Source of the DNA: an uncultured virus (IMG/VR IMGVR_UViG_3300031521_000018)
Lineage: Duplodnaviria; Heunggongvirae; Uroviricota; Caudoviricetes
Reading direction: 5' to 3' (one strand)
Virus record (IMG/VR): IMGVR_UViG_3300031521_000018
Location: 62,001-125,373 of that record
DNA length: 63,373 bases
The notes under the pieces are model-generated. The model made no database searches. It was not told where the DNA came from and saw only the letters and a program-made list of their open reading frames with translations. The position numbers were made by a program, and so were the translations under genes. Below are positions 19,801 through 28,640 of the stretch, piece by piece; within the stretch, counting starts at the first letter, position 1; each line of letters starts with the position of its first letter.

Positions 19801-20239
19801 TACCACTGATAAAGTTGATATATTTAACAAATTTATAGACCCATTTAAGAGATTTGCTGATATTTATATTAAATTCCTTAAAGATTTAAAAAATGAATCT
19901 GCAGGTATAGGTGACTTATCAAAAATTATAGATTCATCAGCTAATTTTTATGATAAATATTCAGCAGCCAACATAAAATCATCGGCTAGTTATAACAGTG
20001 TTTATAATTACAGCCAAACCTCACAGCAGCAAGCTGCAAAGCTTGTTGTACAAGCCCCACATAAGCCATTAACAAAAGAGGATAAATACGCACAAATGAT
20101 GTTGTTGTTCACTGAGGCTACAAGTCAACAACAACAACAAACGAATTTATTATTCAGAGAAATTCAAAAATTGAACTCAAAAATTGAGGGTTTAGTTGGT
20201 CACGATGGAAGAATGAAAGTAGGACTAAGTAATAATTAA
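16826..20239 (+). CDS. Tape-measure-like protein
   Basis: 1137 aa, Ala/Gly/Ile-rich, many hydrophobic helices, ~70-80-aa internal repeats (W.TT.TERGI.YV.G); late motif upstream. Confidence 0.65.
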   Translation: MNDIEIEVLYDYLKQSNSFLEDISEYSFDILSASTDISKSAKFIKDAIAGVDAKTQNVDAKTIQQNIQAETANTVNSQQSMNIGSYTEADIAKLSKIITIYAKSINKSVGTLPKDTKKLSESIKAVDVGFISALGKMKMKDAESMVKNFFNVLESFVKHLNKFKIKKEISSRAKKSIGYVRSTINEVSNVMKGINFEGLDGFGHSLLKVARSITGFVGALAIGGALSIIATPGLLFFKLALRVLQPEFKSLAKDNKKLKDGAQSVMYIGAGILAMSLAIAASAYAISKFSITDMVVGMVTVIGVTYIVAKFYKYMGLSDKSDLKNGIKNMVLMSLSLLMMTGTFWVISKLPIDYKQVGLTVLLLAGTAALFALIGMKTVSDKVKEGALAIGFVSLSLLLFGFSVCITAKMLAGQTNAIWQIPLMLFAVTAPFVAAGFLLPKIAMGALAFALIGISLWIMKKPLTEIGNMIAKNGGLIWKIPTFITALGLVYAGAGLLIAPISLGALAVGLLAGSLYVLAKALKPISELNLEREQMSIFADSLGIVVKGVSDAFSNLSIGSFLKITMMGNKVGEVVGVFARSLSYWKATTTDWKPEDAKTLADTILGVTTAVALGTSPEYIKKMHGIDVSQWQILKGIAFTMSLGSNLKKLADGVLVWKNMKLSPDDARNISDNINTILSVIPATIARIGNDDITKPATGLLGFITGGAWTTTNTERGIDYVKGIGKAMTKLADGVKMWKEMKLTPNDAKLISDNVNTVLSIIPSTISKIGNDNTIKSSGLFGIWKTTDTERGIDYVKGIGRSLYDLGEGVKTWKSMKLTPTETKLISDNINAVLSIIPSTIAKIGDDTKTSKPGLFGMWKTTDTERGIKYVNGLGAPLKDLSIAVLNWKQAKLTPADIKLIEKNITELITTIPSAFAAVGRAKNNDKGFWGMFKSDAEKGIRVVNNMMSPLKSLSDVVSSFSGTTDIKDRGKQIGEGVKQLLVGSAIGMSLLTTDKVDIFNKFIDPFKRFADIYIKFLKDLKNESAGIGDLSKIIDSSANFYDKYSAANIKSSASYNSVYNYSQTSQQQAAKLVVQAPHKPLTKEDKYAQMMLLFTEATSQQQQQTNLLFREIQKLNSKIEGLVGHDGRMKVGLSNN

Positions 20240-20247
20240 TAAAACAA

Positions 20248-21237
20248 CTATATAGAAAAATCAGAAAATTTTCTAATAAATTGTATATTTAAATTAATTT
20301 CCCTTGATATTTCTCTCTTCAAACAATCACGATTGTATGCAGAAATAGCACCTTTGTAATAATTACTAAATTCTGATTTTTCTTTCCATTTTTTAATCAT
20401 TTCATTTCTTTCTTTCTCAGATAAATATTGTGGTTTATGTGTCCATATTCCATCATATTCTATAAACAAATCCAAAGACTTGATATAAAAATCACAAGCA
20501 AATAAATATTTAGTTTCTTTACTATAATATCTTTTATCTCTATATTGACGAACAATATCTGAATATCCAAACAATTCTATTAGATTATAATATATTTCAT
20601 TCTCCTCTTTAGATTTTTCATAAGAACCATTTTTCTTTTTGGTTTCGTGTATTTTTGATATAGTACTTGATAGATATGACATATTTCCTACACCATATCT
20701 TTCCAAACATGTTTTCTCATATTTTCCTTTGAATTCGTCAGTTTGTTGATACCATTCTACACCGTAAATTTTAAGATTTGTTTGCTTTGATTTTTCTACA
20801 AAATCTTCTATAAGCATATGATTTTCGACACCATATTTTTTCAAGCATGTTTCTTTATATTTTTCTTTATATTCATCAGTTTTGGAATAATTTTCGACAC
20901 CATATTTTTCTAAACAAGTCAATTCTGCTTTTATATAATTTTTCTTACAATTGTCTGACCATTTTTCAGATGATTGAAATTTTTTAGCACATATTTTTGA
21001 GCAGCAAACCTGATAACAGTATTTGTGTCTGTCAAAATTCGATTGCTTTCCACAAATTTCACAATATTGTATATTAAAATTACTATTAATTATATGCCAC
21101 ATTCTTTGTTTTGGAGTTATGTGTTTGCAACTATCATCTAGAAATGAAGTTAATTCACATATTTTCCTAAATTCACATATTTTAATACTTGATTTGTATG
21201 TGTTGTTATTATACCAATTTATTAAATCATTGTACAT
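20248..21237 (-). CDS. Putative free-standing homing endonuclease (Zn-binding motif, KYGVE repeats, PD-(D/E)xK-type C-terminus)
   Basis: CxxC...CC..C, repeated 'TCLEKYGVEN', C-terminal 'CDFYI..LDLFIEYDG.WTH'; opposite strand inside the late cluster. Confidence 0.7.
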   Translation of the reverse strand: MYNDLINWYNNNTYKSSIKICEFRKICELTSFLDDSCKHITPKQRMWHIINSNFNIQYCEICGKQSNFDRHKYCYQVCCSKICAKKFQSSEKWSDNCKKNYIKAELTCLEKYGVENYSKTDEYKEKYKETCLKKYGVENHMLIEDFVEKSKQTNLKIYGVEWYQQTDEFKGKYEKTCLERYGVGNMSYLSSTISKIHETKKKNGSYEKSKEENEIYYNLIELFGYSDIVRQYRDKRYYSKETKYLFACDFYIKSLDLFIEYDGIWTHKPQYLSEKERNEMIKKWKEKSEFSNYYKGAISAYNRDCLKREISREINLNIQFIRKFSDFSI

Positions 21238-21301
21238 GTTTTTTAATTTTATTTATTTTAATCTATACGTAATACCAATTTACTAAATAAAGTAAAAGGA
21301 C

Positions 21302-21799
21302 ATGGGGAAATTAGAAATATTAAATCCTATTCATGCTAATAGTAGATTTCATCAAGGATATCATCACTTGGAAAATCCTGATAAATTAATAGGATATTAT
21401 AATATGAAATTAGGAATAATTTATAGGAGTGGATTGGAGTTAAAATTCATTCAAGTTTTAGATTCATCATCAAAATGTAAAAGATGGTCATACGAAAGTG
21501 ATGATCTAATTATTAGCTATCTTAACCCTGTAAAACAAAAAATATGTAGCTACTACCCTGATTTTTATGTTGAAATGGTTGGAAACTCTAATAAACTTAC
21601 GAAATACATAATTGAGGTAAAATCACGTAAAGATACTGAAAAACCTGACAGGGAGAAATATAAAAGTAAAGAAAAATATTTATATCAGTTGGCTATATCA
21701 GCTGTAACTGAGGCAAAGAGAAAAGCAGCCGTTGAATTCTGTAAAAATAAAGGTATGCGGTATGAATACATTACGGAAGACTATTTTATTAAGAAATGA
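21302..21799 (+). CDS. Head completion nuclease, T4 gp4/TnsA-N-like
   Basis: 'YRSGLE..F', 'WSYES...I.Y..P', 'YYPDF', 'IIEVK', 'ITED'. Confidence 0.85.
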   Translation: MGKLEILNPIHANSRFHQGYHHLENPDKLIGYYNMKLGIIYRSGLELKFIQVLDSSSKCKRWSYESDDLIISYLNPVKQKICSYYPDFYVEMVGNSNKLTKYIIEVKSRKDTEKPDREKYKSKEKYLYQLAISAVTEAKRKAAVEFCKNKGMRYEYITEDYFIKK

Positions 21800-21960
21800 C
21801 ATGACAAACTGACATATATGGTAACTGACAAGTTACACGACATTTTGTCATATAAGTTTGTAAAAAGATGTTAATAGCAACGCTTTATTTGTTAAAGATT
21901 GTTAAAGGTGTATGAATTGACATATATGATAACAAATTTGGCACGACTTTTGTAGTAAAA
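21797..21960 (+). promoter_or_regulatory. TGACA repeat array plus sigma54-like -24/-12 promoter (copy 1)
   Basis: TGACA at 21797, 21802, 21810, 21826, 21918; GACA-N3-TGTC at 21839; TGGCACG-ACTT-TTGT at 21939-21953. Confidence 0.6.
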
Positions 21961-21994
21961 GAGGAAATAATCAATAATTTAAAAAATAGAAATT

Positions 21995-22222
21995 ATGACT
22001 GCAGCAGAATCAAAAGCCAAATCTTTAAAAGTTCAATCTTTAAAGAATTTTATAGGCGAAAATAGTGAAGAAATTGGTGTGTCAAAGGTTGATTCATCAA
22101 CTATTAAGGGTGTCAAATACATTTCAATTCCTCAGGAATTAAGGGTATCAACGTCAATCTTTAAAAAAATAGGGATTGTAATACGTTATCATAACAATTT
22201 TTATTATTTATCAATAAAATAA
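21995..22222 (+). CDS. Hypothetical protein (early-type)
   Basis: First ORF after promoter copy 1; leader aaaaaatagaaattATG. Confidence 0.65.
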   Translation: MTAAESKAKSLKVQSLKNFIGENSEEIGVSKVDSSTIKGVKYISIPQELRVSTSIFKKIGIVIRYHNNFYYLSIK

Positions 22223-22231
22223 TATAAAATT

Positions 22232-22456
22232 ATGGCTAAAAACATTATAATTAATAAAGCTGTTTCAAACGATAACAAAATAGAATTCAGAGCTTTGGGA
22301 TTGTATAATGAATGGTTCTCATTCAACGCTAACAAAGAAAATGGTTATTGGAATCTTATAAGAAGAATAGGAATGGATAAATTTCCTGTTGCTCAAAAAA
22401 TACTCACAATAAAAGAAATTTATAAACTTGCAATACAAAATTGTAGTAAACACTAA
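22232..22456 (+). CDS. Hypothetical protein
   Basis: ORF with aaattATG start. Confidence 0.65.
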   Translation: MAKNIIINKAVSNDNKIEFRALGLYNEWFSFNANKENGYWNLIRRIGMDKFPVAQKILTIKEIYKLAIQNCSKH

Positions 22457-22485
22457 TTATAAACTAATTTAAAAATATAGGAACT

Positions 22486-22782
22486 ATGGTAGAAATCACT
22501 GATTGCGTAAAGACAACTAAAAATGATTATGAACTAATAACTAAAATTATTAGCAGAGCAATAGAACTTGTTAGGTTTGTACATTTAAATGAACCTATAA
22601 ACCGTGGTTCATCACTAATGGATTTTGACAAATGTCATACTCACGGAAACCCTATTGATTTCAAACAACTTTTGGAATCAAATGATTCTGATTTTTATCA
22701 TGATTTCTTTGGTATTAGAAACAATATTAACAGAGAAAATGGTATGCTAGAAAATAATTTCTTACCAAGGTGTTCTAAATAA
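22486..22782 (+). CDS. Conserved phage hypothetical protein (DUF6874-like, tentative)
   Basis: 'MD...H...P.D...LL...D..F.HD..GI...INR..G.L...F.PR' pattern recalled from phage proteins. Confidence 0.5.
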   Translation: MVEITDCVKTTKNDYELITKIISRAIELVRFVHLNEPINRGSSLMDFDKCHTHGNPIDFKQLLESNDSDFYHDFFGIRNNINRENGMLENNFLPRCSK

Positions 22783-22814
22783 AAATTTAATTTAACATAA
22801 GTATAATTTGAAAA

Positions 22815-24308
22815 ATGGGGATTATGGAATATAAAACAGGTAATAAAATCTTAGATATTAGATTAAAAGTAGCTATTGATTTCGAAACTAAAAATTACTA
22901 TAACTTGTCTGATACGTACAAAAAGAAATTCACACTTCAACAATGGATTGATACGCAGGTTTTTGGTAGATTGTTTTTAACAGGAACTAAACATAATTTC
23001 GTTTGGTCTAAATTTTGGCAAGAATTTTATGAGCAGTGTTATTCCATCGCCTTTCAAGTAGTCAAAGACAGAGATATGGCTGACATAATTGTATGTAACC
23101 AATTTGACGCTTTCAGAAATAGGAAAAAATACGGCAATGCTGATCTTTATGATTTAAAAAAGAGTCTGAAAACCAAAATAGAAAAACTATCAAAAACATA
23201 TGATGATGTTGATGCCGCAATTTTAAAGTCATCTATATTATTATTGAAAACCAAAATATCAATTTTAGAGGATAAATTAATTAATTTTCATTTTGAAGAA
23301 TTAGAATACGCCAATAAATCACAAGATGAAATTTACGCATTAGAACTCCAAAAATTAACATCTTGTGATACAACCCTCCAAAATAATGAAATAAATCCAA
23401 ACGGTTGGTTTAAACCTAAAGAGCCAATAGCGGGTTATGTTCTTATGGCTATAAGACATACAGCAATGATGGAATATAACAAAGTTAATTGTGGTAAAGT
23501 TATCAATATTTCTAAAATCATTTCCAATTCGTCAAACAAGACAATATCTGAAGGTGATTTTACAGACATAATAGCTGAGGTTAAAAGCGAGGTTGATGAA
23601 ATCTATGAAATCTATAATACCAATTTAACTGAATTCAGTATGAAATCAGAGGAAGATTTCAAACATGAAGAAATAGACCTAATACCAAAAAAGAAACTCA
23701 AAAGGGCAAAGGAATTATACGAGTTATCCAAAAACCCTGATATATTGATTGACTTCTTTTTCAATGATCTAACACACAACCAATTATTCAAGAAATATGG
23801 TTTTAATACATCGGGTGCTGTTAAGTCAATAGTGTCAAGGGCTAATAGGTTTGTCGTTTCCGTAATAGCCAACGAGATAGAAACAGAAAAGATAACCAAC
23901 AGGGAAGCAGATAATGGTACTGTCAGATTTTATTATCCAAATACATACGGATGTCTTAAAGAAAGCTGTGAAATTAATAACAAGCAAAGACATGGTGAAA
24001 ATATTCTATACTTTGAAAATGGCAATATCAAAAAGAAAAAACATTGGGAAAACGGGAAATTGGTAGGTGATTTTATTACATATTACGAAAACAAAAAAGT
24101 AAAGCAAAAAGGACAATTTGATAATGGTGAGAAAATAGGCAAATGGTTTAATTATGATGAATCGGGTAAAATCGAGGAAATCAAAATTTATGGCGATGAT
24201 AACTGTTACTCATATATCATTTATGATGAATTCGGGCAAGTAGAGGAAAAAGGACATATCAACGGATTTGGTAATCAAATAATAGATTTCTCAAAATCAA
24301 TTTATTAA
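22815..24308 (+). CDS. ECF-sigma-like protein fused to C-terminal MORN-variant (YwqK-like) repeats
   Basis: Region 2-like 'YSIAFQVVKDRDMADII..NQF'; region 4-like 'FFNDLT...GF...GAVKSIVSRA'; repeats 'HG....YFENG.IK...W.NGKL.G'. Confidence 0.6.
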   Translation: MGIMEYKTGNKILDIRLKVAIDFETKNYYNLSDTYKKKFTLQQWIDTQVFGRLFLTGTKHNFVWSKFWQEFYEQCYSIAFQVVKDRDMADIIVCNQFDAFRNRKKYGNADLYDLKKSLKTKIEKLSKTYDDVDAAILKSSILLLKTKISILEDKLINFHFEELEYANKSQDEIYALELQKLTSCDTTLQNNEINPNGWFKPKEPIAGYVLMAIRHTAMMEYNKVNCGKVINISKIISNSSNKTISEGDFTDIIAEVKSEVDEIYEIYNTNLTEFSMKSEEDFKHEEIDLIPKKKLKRAKELYELSKNPDILIDFFFNDLTHNQLFKKYGFNTSGAVKSIVSRANRFVVSVIANEIETEKITNREADNGTVRFYYPNTYGCLKESCEINNKQRHGENILYFENGNIKKKKHWENGKLVGDFITYYENKKVKQKGQFDNGEKIGKWFNYDESGKIEEIKIYGDDNCYSYIIYDEFGQVEEKGHINGFGNQIIDFSKSIY

Positions 24309-24604
24309 TGAAAATAATATCGACATATAAAGTGACATACCAAAACGGTATGTCACAAATAAAAAATCTCATAGAGCATGAAGATTTTTTAAATGATATA
24401 AAACCTACTGATGTACAGATAGATGCTTTGGAATCAAAGAAAAAATTTAAAGAAACAAATTATTTAAAGAAACAATTAAAGGAAAAATACGGGCAATTTT
24501 GGTTTACTAATAAATCACCAATGTACTATGCAATTGAAAATAATGTATTGGAACTTTATAATGGAAAATCGATTTCAGTAATAATGGAAAAGTTAAAAAT
24601 TTGA
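24308..24604 (+). CDS. Hypothetical protein
   Basis: 98-aa ORF. Confidence 0.6.
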   Translation: MKIISTYKVTYQNGMSQIKNLIEHEDFLNDIKPTDVQIDALESKKKFKETNYLKKQLKEKYGQFWFTNKSPMYYAIENNVLELYNGKSISVIMEKLKI

Positions 24605-24770
24605 CTGACATACATGGCGAACTGACATACATATTAACTGACAGGTGACATGACAAACATGTCACCTGTCAGTTAAAAAATGTTAAAATTATGCTTTTTG
24701 TGTTAAGGTTTGTTAAGGTTTTATGAATTGACATATATAATAACAAATTTGGCATGATTTTTGTAATAAT
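24601..24770 (+). promoter_or_regulatory. TGACA array with 19-bp perfect inverted repeat plus sigma54-like promoter (copy 2)
   Basis: ttaactgacaggtgacatg-acaaa-catgtcacctgtcagttaa (24634-24676); TGGCATG-ATTT-TTGT at 24750-24764; 3' part nearly identical to copy 1. Confidence 0.6.
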
Positions 24771-24798
24771 TTTGGAAATAATTTAAAAAATAGAAATT

Positions 24799-24909
24799 AT
24801 GAAAACAGAAATCCTCTCAGCAGAAAATCTTTATAAAATTATTGGCGTTTTATTTGTAATTGGATGCTTATCGTTTTATTGGTTGCGTGTAATTCAGGAA
24901 ATAATTTAA
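24799..24909 (+). CDS. Small single-TM peptide (36 aa), below the ORF-track cutoff
   Basis: MKTEILSAENLYKIIGVLFVIGCLSFYWLRVIQEII, with the conserved aaaaaatagaaattATG leader. Confidence 0.6.
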   Translation: MKTEILSAENLYKIIGVLFVIGCLSFYWLRVIQEII

Positions 24910-24921
24910 TAAATAGAAATT

Positions 24922-25224
24922 ATGGCAACAGCTAGAGCATTAACAGCCTCTGAATTGAATGCTAAACTAATTAGCTTTGGATTCAAACCCAATCAAGGAA
25001 TTAAAATTGAAAATGATAATAATTACAACGCAGACAGAATCATTTTTGGTGAAAATACTAAAAATGGTGATAGTAGCTTGGGTCTTTACATTTTCAAGCC
25101 TATGAAAGGTTATACAGACTGTGGAAACCTCTATTGTGTTTGTTGGTATTCTAAATGTAAAGCAGCACAGAAGCATGAAATAGTAAAATTGATAGAAAAA
25201 TCGTTAAATATAAAAATAATTTAA
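24922..25224 (+). CDS. Hypothetical protein
   Basis: Conserved leader; 100 aa. Confidence 0.65.
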   Translation: MATARALTASELNAKLISFGFKPNQGIKIENDNNYNADRIIFGENTKNGDSSLGLYIFKPMKGYTDCGNLYCVCWYSKCKAAQKHEIVKLIEKSLNIKII

Positions 25225-25236
25225 AAAATACAAATT

Positions 25237-25656
25237 ATGAACTCAGCAGAAAATTACTTATCGTTATCAAATTTGCTTGAAATTAGGGAAATCATTCAAG
25301 AAGAATTATTAAAAAGGGGTTTTACAGCACCTATACTAAAAATTGAAGAAACTGTTGACATAATGGGTTCTCATCACATTGAGCTTTCCACAGCTTATTT
25401 CCAAACCACACCCGTAATATTCAAAAAACTACGTATCACAAATTTTAATACCTCTGTAAGTATTGGTAAATTAAGTGATCTAGCCACAAATGCAACTCCA
25501 AACCTGCTTGACAAGGATTATGTTATGGTATGGGTCACTACTAATTTATCTTATGAATCTTTTGGTGGTGGTTCAAATGGATTAAACTTACTTAATTTTT
25601 GGTTTAACGTTTTTGGAAAGAAAAAATTCGACGTTAAAATCAGCCACATAGATTAA
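25237..25656 (+). CDS. Hypothetical protein
   Basis: Conserved leader; 139 aa. Confidence 0.65.
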   Translation: MNSAENYLSLSNLLEIREIIQEELLKRGFTAPILKIEETVDIMGSHHIELSTAYFQTTPVIFKKLRITNFNTSVSIGKLSDLATNATPNLLDKDYVMVWVTTNLSYESFGGGSNGLNLLNFWFNVFGKKKFDVKISHID

Positions 25657-25712
25657 TTATAAAATATCCAATTATAAAATACAAACTAATTTAACAATAA
25701 CAATTCATTATT

Positions 25713-26141
25713 ATGACAAAAGACGAAGAAATAAAATTACTAACCAAACTATGCAACTCTGATAGTTATTTTTCACAGTATTTCGGTAAAAGTCTTGATT
25801 TGATGATTAACAATATCAATAACGATGTGGCTATAGAAAATGGGCTTCCGTTTGAAGCTAAGGAAACATTTTTGAAACACGAAATAAAAACCTTGGAATC
25901 TTCAATTTTATCATTGGAATTAATCCATAAAGATGAAATTGCAGAAAAAGAAAAGCAAATATTGGCAGAAAAAATGGGTTGGATGGATTTTCTGCTAGTT
26001 AAAGCGGAAGAATTAAAGGATGATGGTCTTGAAATCATGGTAATAGAGGAAATAGGGTTGGATATGGTTTTAAAACGTAAACGCATATTGGAACTAAAAT
26101 TATCTGAAACACAAATTGATTACTTAATATCAAAAATTTAA
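25713..26141 (+). CDS. Hypothetical protein (coiled-coil)
   Basis: 142-aa ORF. Confidence 0.65.
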   Translation: MTKDEEIKLLTKLCNSDSYFSQYFGKSLDLMINNINNDVAIENGLPFEAKETFLKHEIKTLESSILSLELIHKDEIAEKEKQILAEKMGWMDFLLVKAEELKDDGLEIMVIEEIGLDMVLKRKRILELKLSETQIDYLISKI

Positions 26142-26157
26142 TTTAACAATTATAATC

Positions 26158-26844
26158 ATGGCAAAAGCAAATTTAGTAAAAACAGCACAGAGTAATATTT
26201 ACTCAAGGGGAAAAAGGGTTGAATATACATCATTAAAAGGTAAAAGAGAGGGGCAAATACTTTCTAAAATTGACCGCACACAACCATATGACGAAACTGA
26301 CACAGTTTTAATCAAAAAGGGTGAATCTTATTATTGGTGGCAGTTTTTACATGGTGGTAAAAATATAAGTAAAACACAACCAAGACAATCACAACTTACA
26401 CAAAGTGAATTCATGTCATGTTATTATTCCATGCAAGAGCAAATTGAGGACATTTCGGTTATAACTATAACTAATGCTGAGGAATTATCTGAATTTATTG
26501 AAAATATCAAATCCAATGCCGAAACTCTCCGTGATGAAACCCAAGACAAATTGGATGGTATACCTGATTCTTTACAGTCCTCACCAACAGGTGAACTTAT
26601 GCAAGAACGTATTGATGAAATGGATGAAATAATATCACAATTTGACGATATTGATGTAGAATATGATGAAGACATTGATGATATTAATACAGATGTTGCT
26701 AATGATTTGGATATCAATACAGGTGTAGATGGTTGGGAAAAAGAACTACCCGAAGAAAATGTAAATGATAAAAAGCAAGAAAAGCTTCAAGAGTGGGTTG
26801 ATGAAAGAATCGAAGAAATTAGAAATGTTTGTTTTAGCTTTTAA
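26158..26844 (+). CDS. Phage hypothetical protein, basic N-terminus and acidic C-terminus
   Basis: 'IKKGESYYWWQF' motif; 228 aa. Confidence 0.65.
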   Translation: MAKANLVKTAQSNIYSRGKRVEYTSLKGKREGQILSKIDRTQPYDETDTVLIKKGESYYWWQFLHGGKNISKTQPRQSQLTQSEFMSCYYSMQEQIEDISVITITNAEELSEFIENIKSNAETLRDETQDKLDGIPDSLQSSPTGELMQERIDEMDEIISQFDDIDVEYDEDIDDINTDVANDLDINTGVDGWEKELPEENVNDKKQEKLQEWVDERIEEIRNVCFSF

Positions 26845-26856
26845 AAATATATAAAA

Positions 26857-27885
26857 ATGAAAACTCATAAAGTATTAGATTTAGTTTATACAGTTGAAGA
26901 AGGTCAAGACTGTTTCGATGGTACAAATCAGGAATGTAATGATTTTGTTGTATTACAACCTAACAATTTCATGTATAAAATTGTTCCTATGACACAGGAA
27001 GAAATTGAATCACATCCAAACAACAAACAGATTAAGGTTGTAGGTTCAATTGATCTTTCCAAGTTTGAAAAACCCTCAAAATCAGTTAGGGTTTTGAATT
27101 TAACAGGACTTTCCAAAGAACAAAAAGAGGAAGCAATAAAAACTTTGGATAATGCCATGAAATTAGAACTATATAGACCAAGGCGTTCAGCATTAATGTT
27201 ATCAAGACCAAAACTTGAAATTAAGAAGAAAAACTTGGACTTACCCAAATTGGCTGTTATTTACTCAAAACTTAAAACTGAATTTGGTGACCCTGAACCA
27301 GATGATGTCAACAGGGCTTTTAATCTTATTAAGGAAATTGAAAAGACTGAAAAAGGTCTTAATTTCCTTAACCATTTAGCAAGGGTATTCAATCCTTATA
27401 GCTTCAACCATATGTGTAAAGTTGTTGATGATGGCTCTGTTTGTTGTATTACTAACAAAAAAATCGTAGGTTTAATACCACTATCACAAAAATTGGTTGA
27501 GGCTACAAGTGTTGTGTTTGTGGCTAAAAAAGCACTTGGTAAACTTTCACAAAAGGAAATTGATAAAAGAAATAAAAATTTTGAGGAAATGCCTGAGGAA
27601 TATAAAGCTCAAAGAATAGGCTATTTCTCACTCAAATCCGATAAAAAGATTTCAACCGCAGGATTTATAGCATTAAAATATTATTTGTTGGAAGATACCA
27701 CAAGACTATTAAAATTTGAGGTAAAACCACCATCTGTTGAAGAAATACTTGGCATTGATAAGGAAACCCCAAGCGAATATAATGAAAGACAAAGGAAAAA
27801 CAAGCTTACATCACCCGATAGAACAATTTTCGGTCTTGATGAAAGCAATCTTTCCAAATTACAGGCATTAAGAGAAAACATGTAA
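26857..27885 (+). CDS. Hypothetical protein
   Basis: 342-aa ORF. Confidence 0.7.
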   Translation: MKTHKVLDLVYTVEEGQDCFDGTNQECNDFVVLQPNNFMYKIVPMTQEEIESHPNNKQIKVVGSIDLSKFEKPSKSVRVLNLTGLSKEQKEEAIKTLDNAMKLELYRPRRSALMLSRPKLEIKKKNLDLPKLAVIYSKLKTEFGDPEPDDVNRAFNLIKEIEKTEKGLNFLNHLARVFNPYSFNHMCKVVDDGSVCCITNKKIVGLIPLSQKLVEATSVVFVAKKALGKLSQKEIDKRNKNFEEMPEEYKAQRIGYFSLKSDKKISTAGFIALKYYLLEDTTRLLKFEVKPPSVEEILGIDKETPSEYNERQRKNKLTSPDRTIFGLDESNLSKLQALRENM

Positions 27886-27890
27886 ATTTT

Positions 27891-27925
27891 AAAAATGCCT
27901 CTCCTGATACAGGAGAGGCATTTTT
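27891..27925 (+). terminator. Bidirectional rho-independent terminator
   Basis: aaaaatgcctctcctg-ata-caggagaggcattttt. Confidence 0.75.
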
Positions 27926-27989
27926 CTTGCCTTTCACTATATTTAATGGAATTAACAGTTTTTATAAAAATAGAAAAACAAAGAGAATA

Positions 27990-28640
27990 ATGGAAAAACA
28001 AATAATAAATATGGAAGGAGTTTTTGATAACTTTAATATGAAAGTCGGTGAGGTAAAGAAGCTTGGTTTGGCTAGGTTATCAACTTTTGAATTTTCAAAC
28101 AAGAAAAACCCATTATTTAACTTGAGAGCAATAAGAGATGGTGGGTTGAACTATATGAATGATGGTAAGTACATTAGACTTAATGTTGACGGTGAGCTTA
28201 TGATGACAGATACAAAAATGGAAATGGTTACAAATACCGATTTTTGTAATAATGCTAATGGTAGAGTTATGGTAGCTGGTCTTGGTATTGGTTTGATATT
28301 ACAAAACATTAAAGACAAGGTTAAAAGCGGTGTAGTAACAGAGATTGTTATTATAGAAAAATATCAAGATGTAATAGACCTTGTTTCACCAATTTATGCT
28401 GATATGCCAATAACCTATATTTGTGCCGATATTTTGGAATATAAGCCATTAAAAGACGAAATTTTCGACACAATTTATTTCGATATTTGGGCAATAGCTG
28501 ATTTTGAGGTAAATTTACCTCAGATAAGTATGCTTCATAACAGGTGGAAATATAATAAAAATAAAAGCAATCCTAAATGTTGGATGAATTCTTGGATGCA
28601 AAAATGGATGCAAAAAGAAAATCGTGATTACAGAGCTTGA
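27990..28640 (+). CDS. Class I SAM-dependent methyltransferase/spermidine-synthase-like protein
   Basis: 'GRVMVAGLGIG', 'VIIEK', 'ICAD', 'FDTIYFDIW'; start moved to ATG 27990. Confidence 0.75.
   Translation: MEKQIINMEGVFDNFNMKVGEVKKLGLARLSTFEFSNKKNPLFNLRAIRDGGLNYMNDGKYIRLNVDGELMMTDTKMEMVTNTDFCNNANGRVMVAGLGIGLILQNIKDKVKSGVVTEIVIIEKYQDVIDLVSPIYADMPITYICADILEYKPLKDEIFDTIYFDIWAIADFEVNLPQISMLHNRWKYNKNKSNPKCWMNSWMQKWMQKENRDYRA

Noticed and set aside
21917..21945. TTGACA as a sigma70 -35 box (also 24728)
   Set aside because: No TATAAT-like -10 at 16-18 bp. It fits better as one of the TGACA repeats.
21797..24680. TGACA repeats as a CRISPR or mini-array
   Set aside because: The units are 5-11 bp with irregular spacing, there is no repeat-spacer periodicity, and no cas genes are present.
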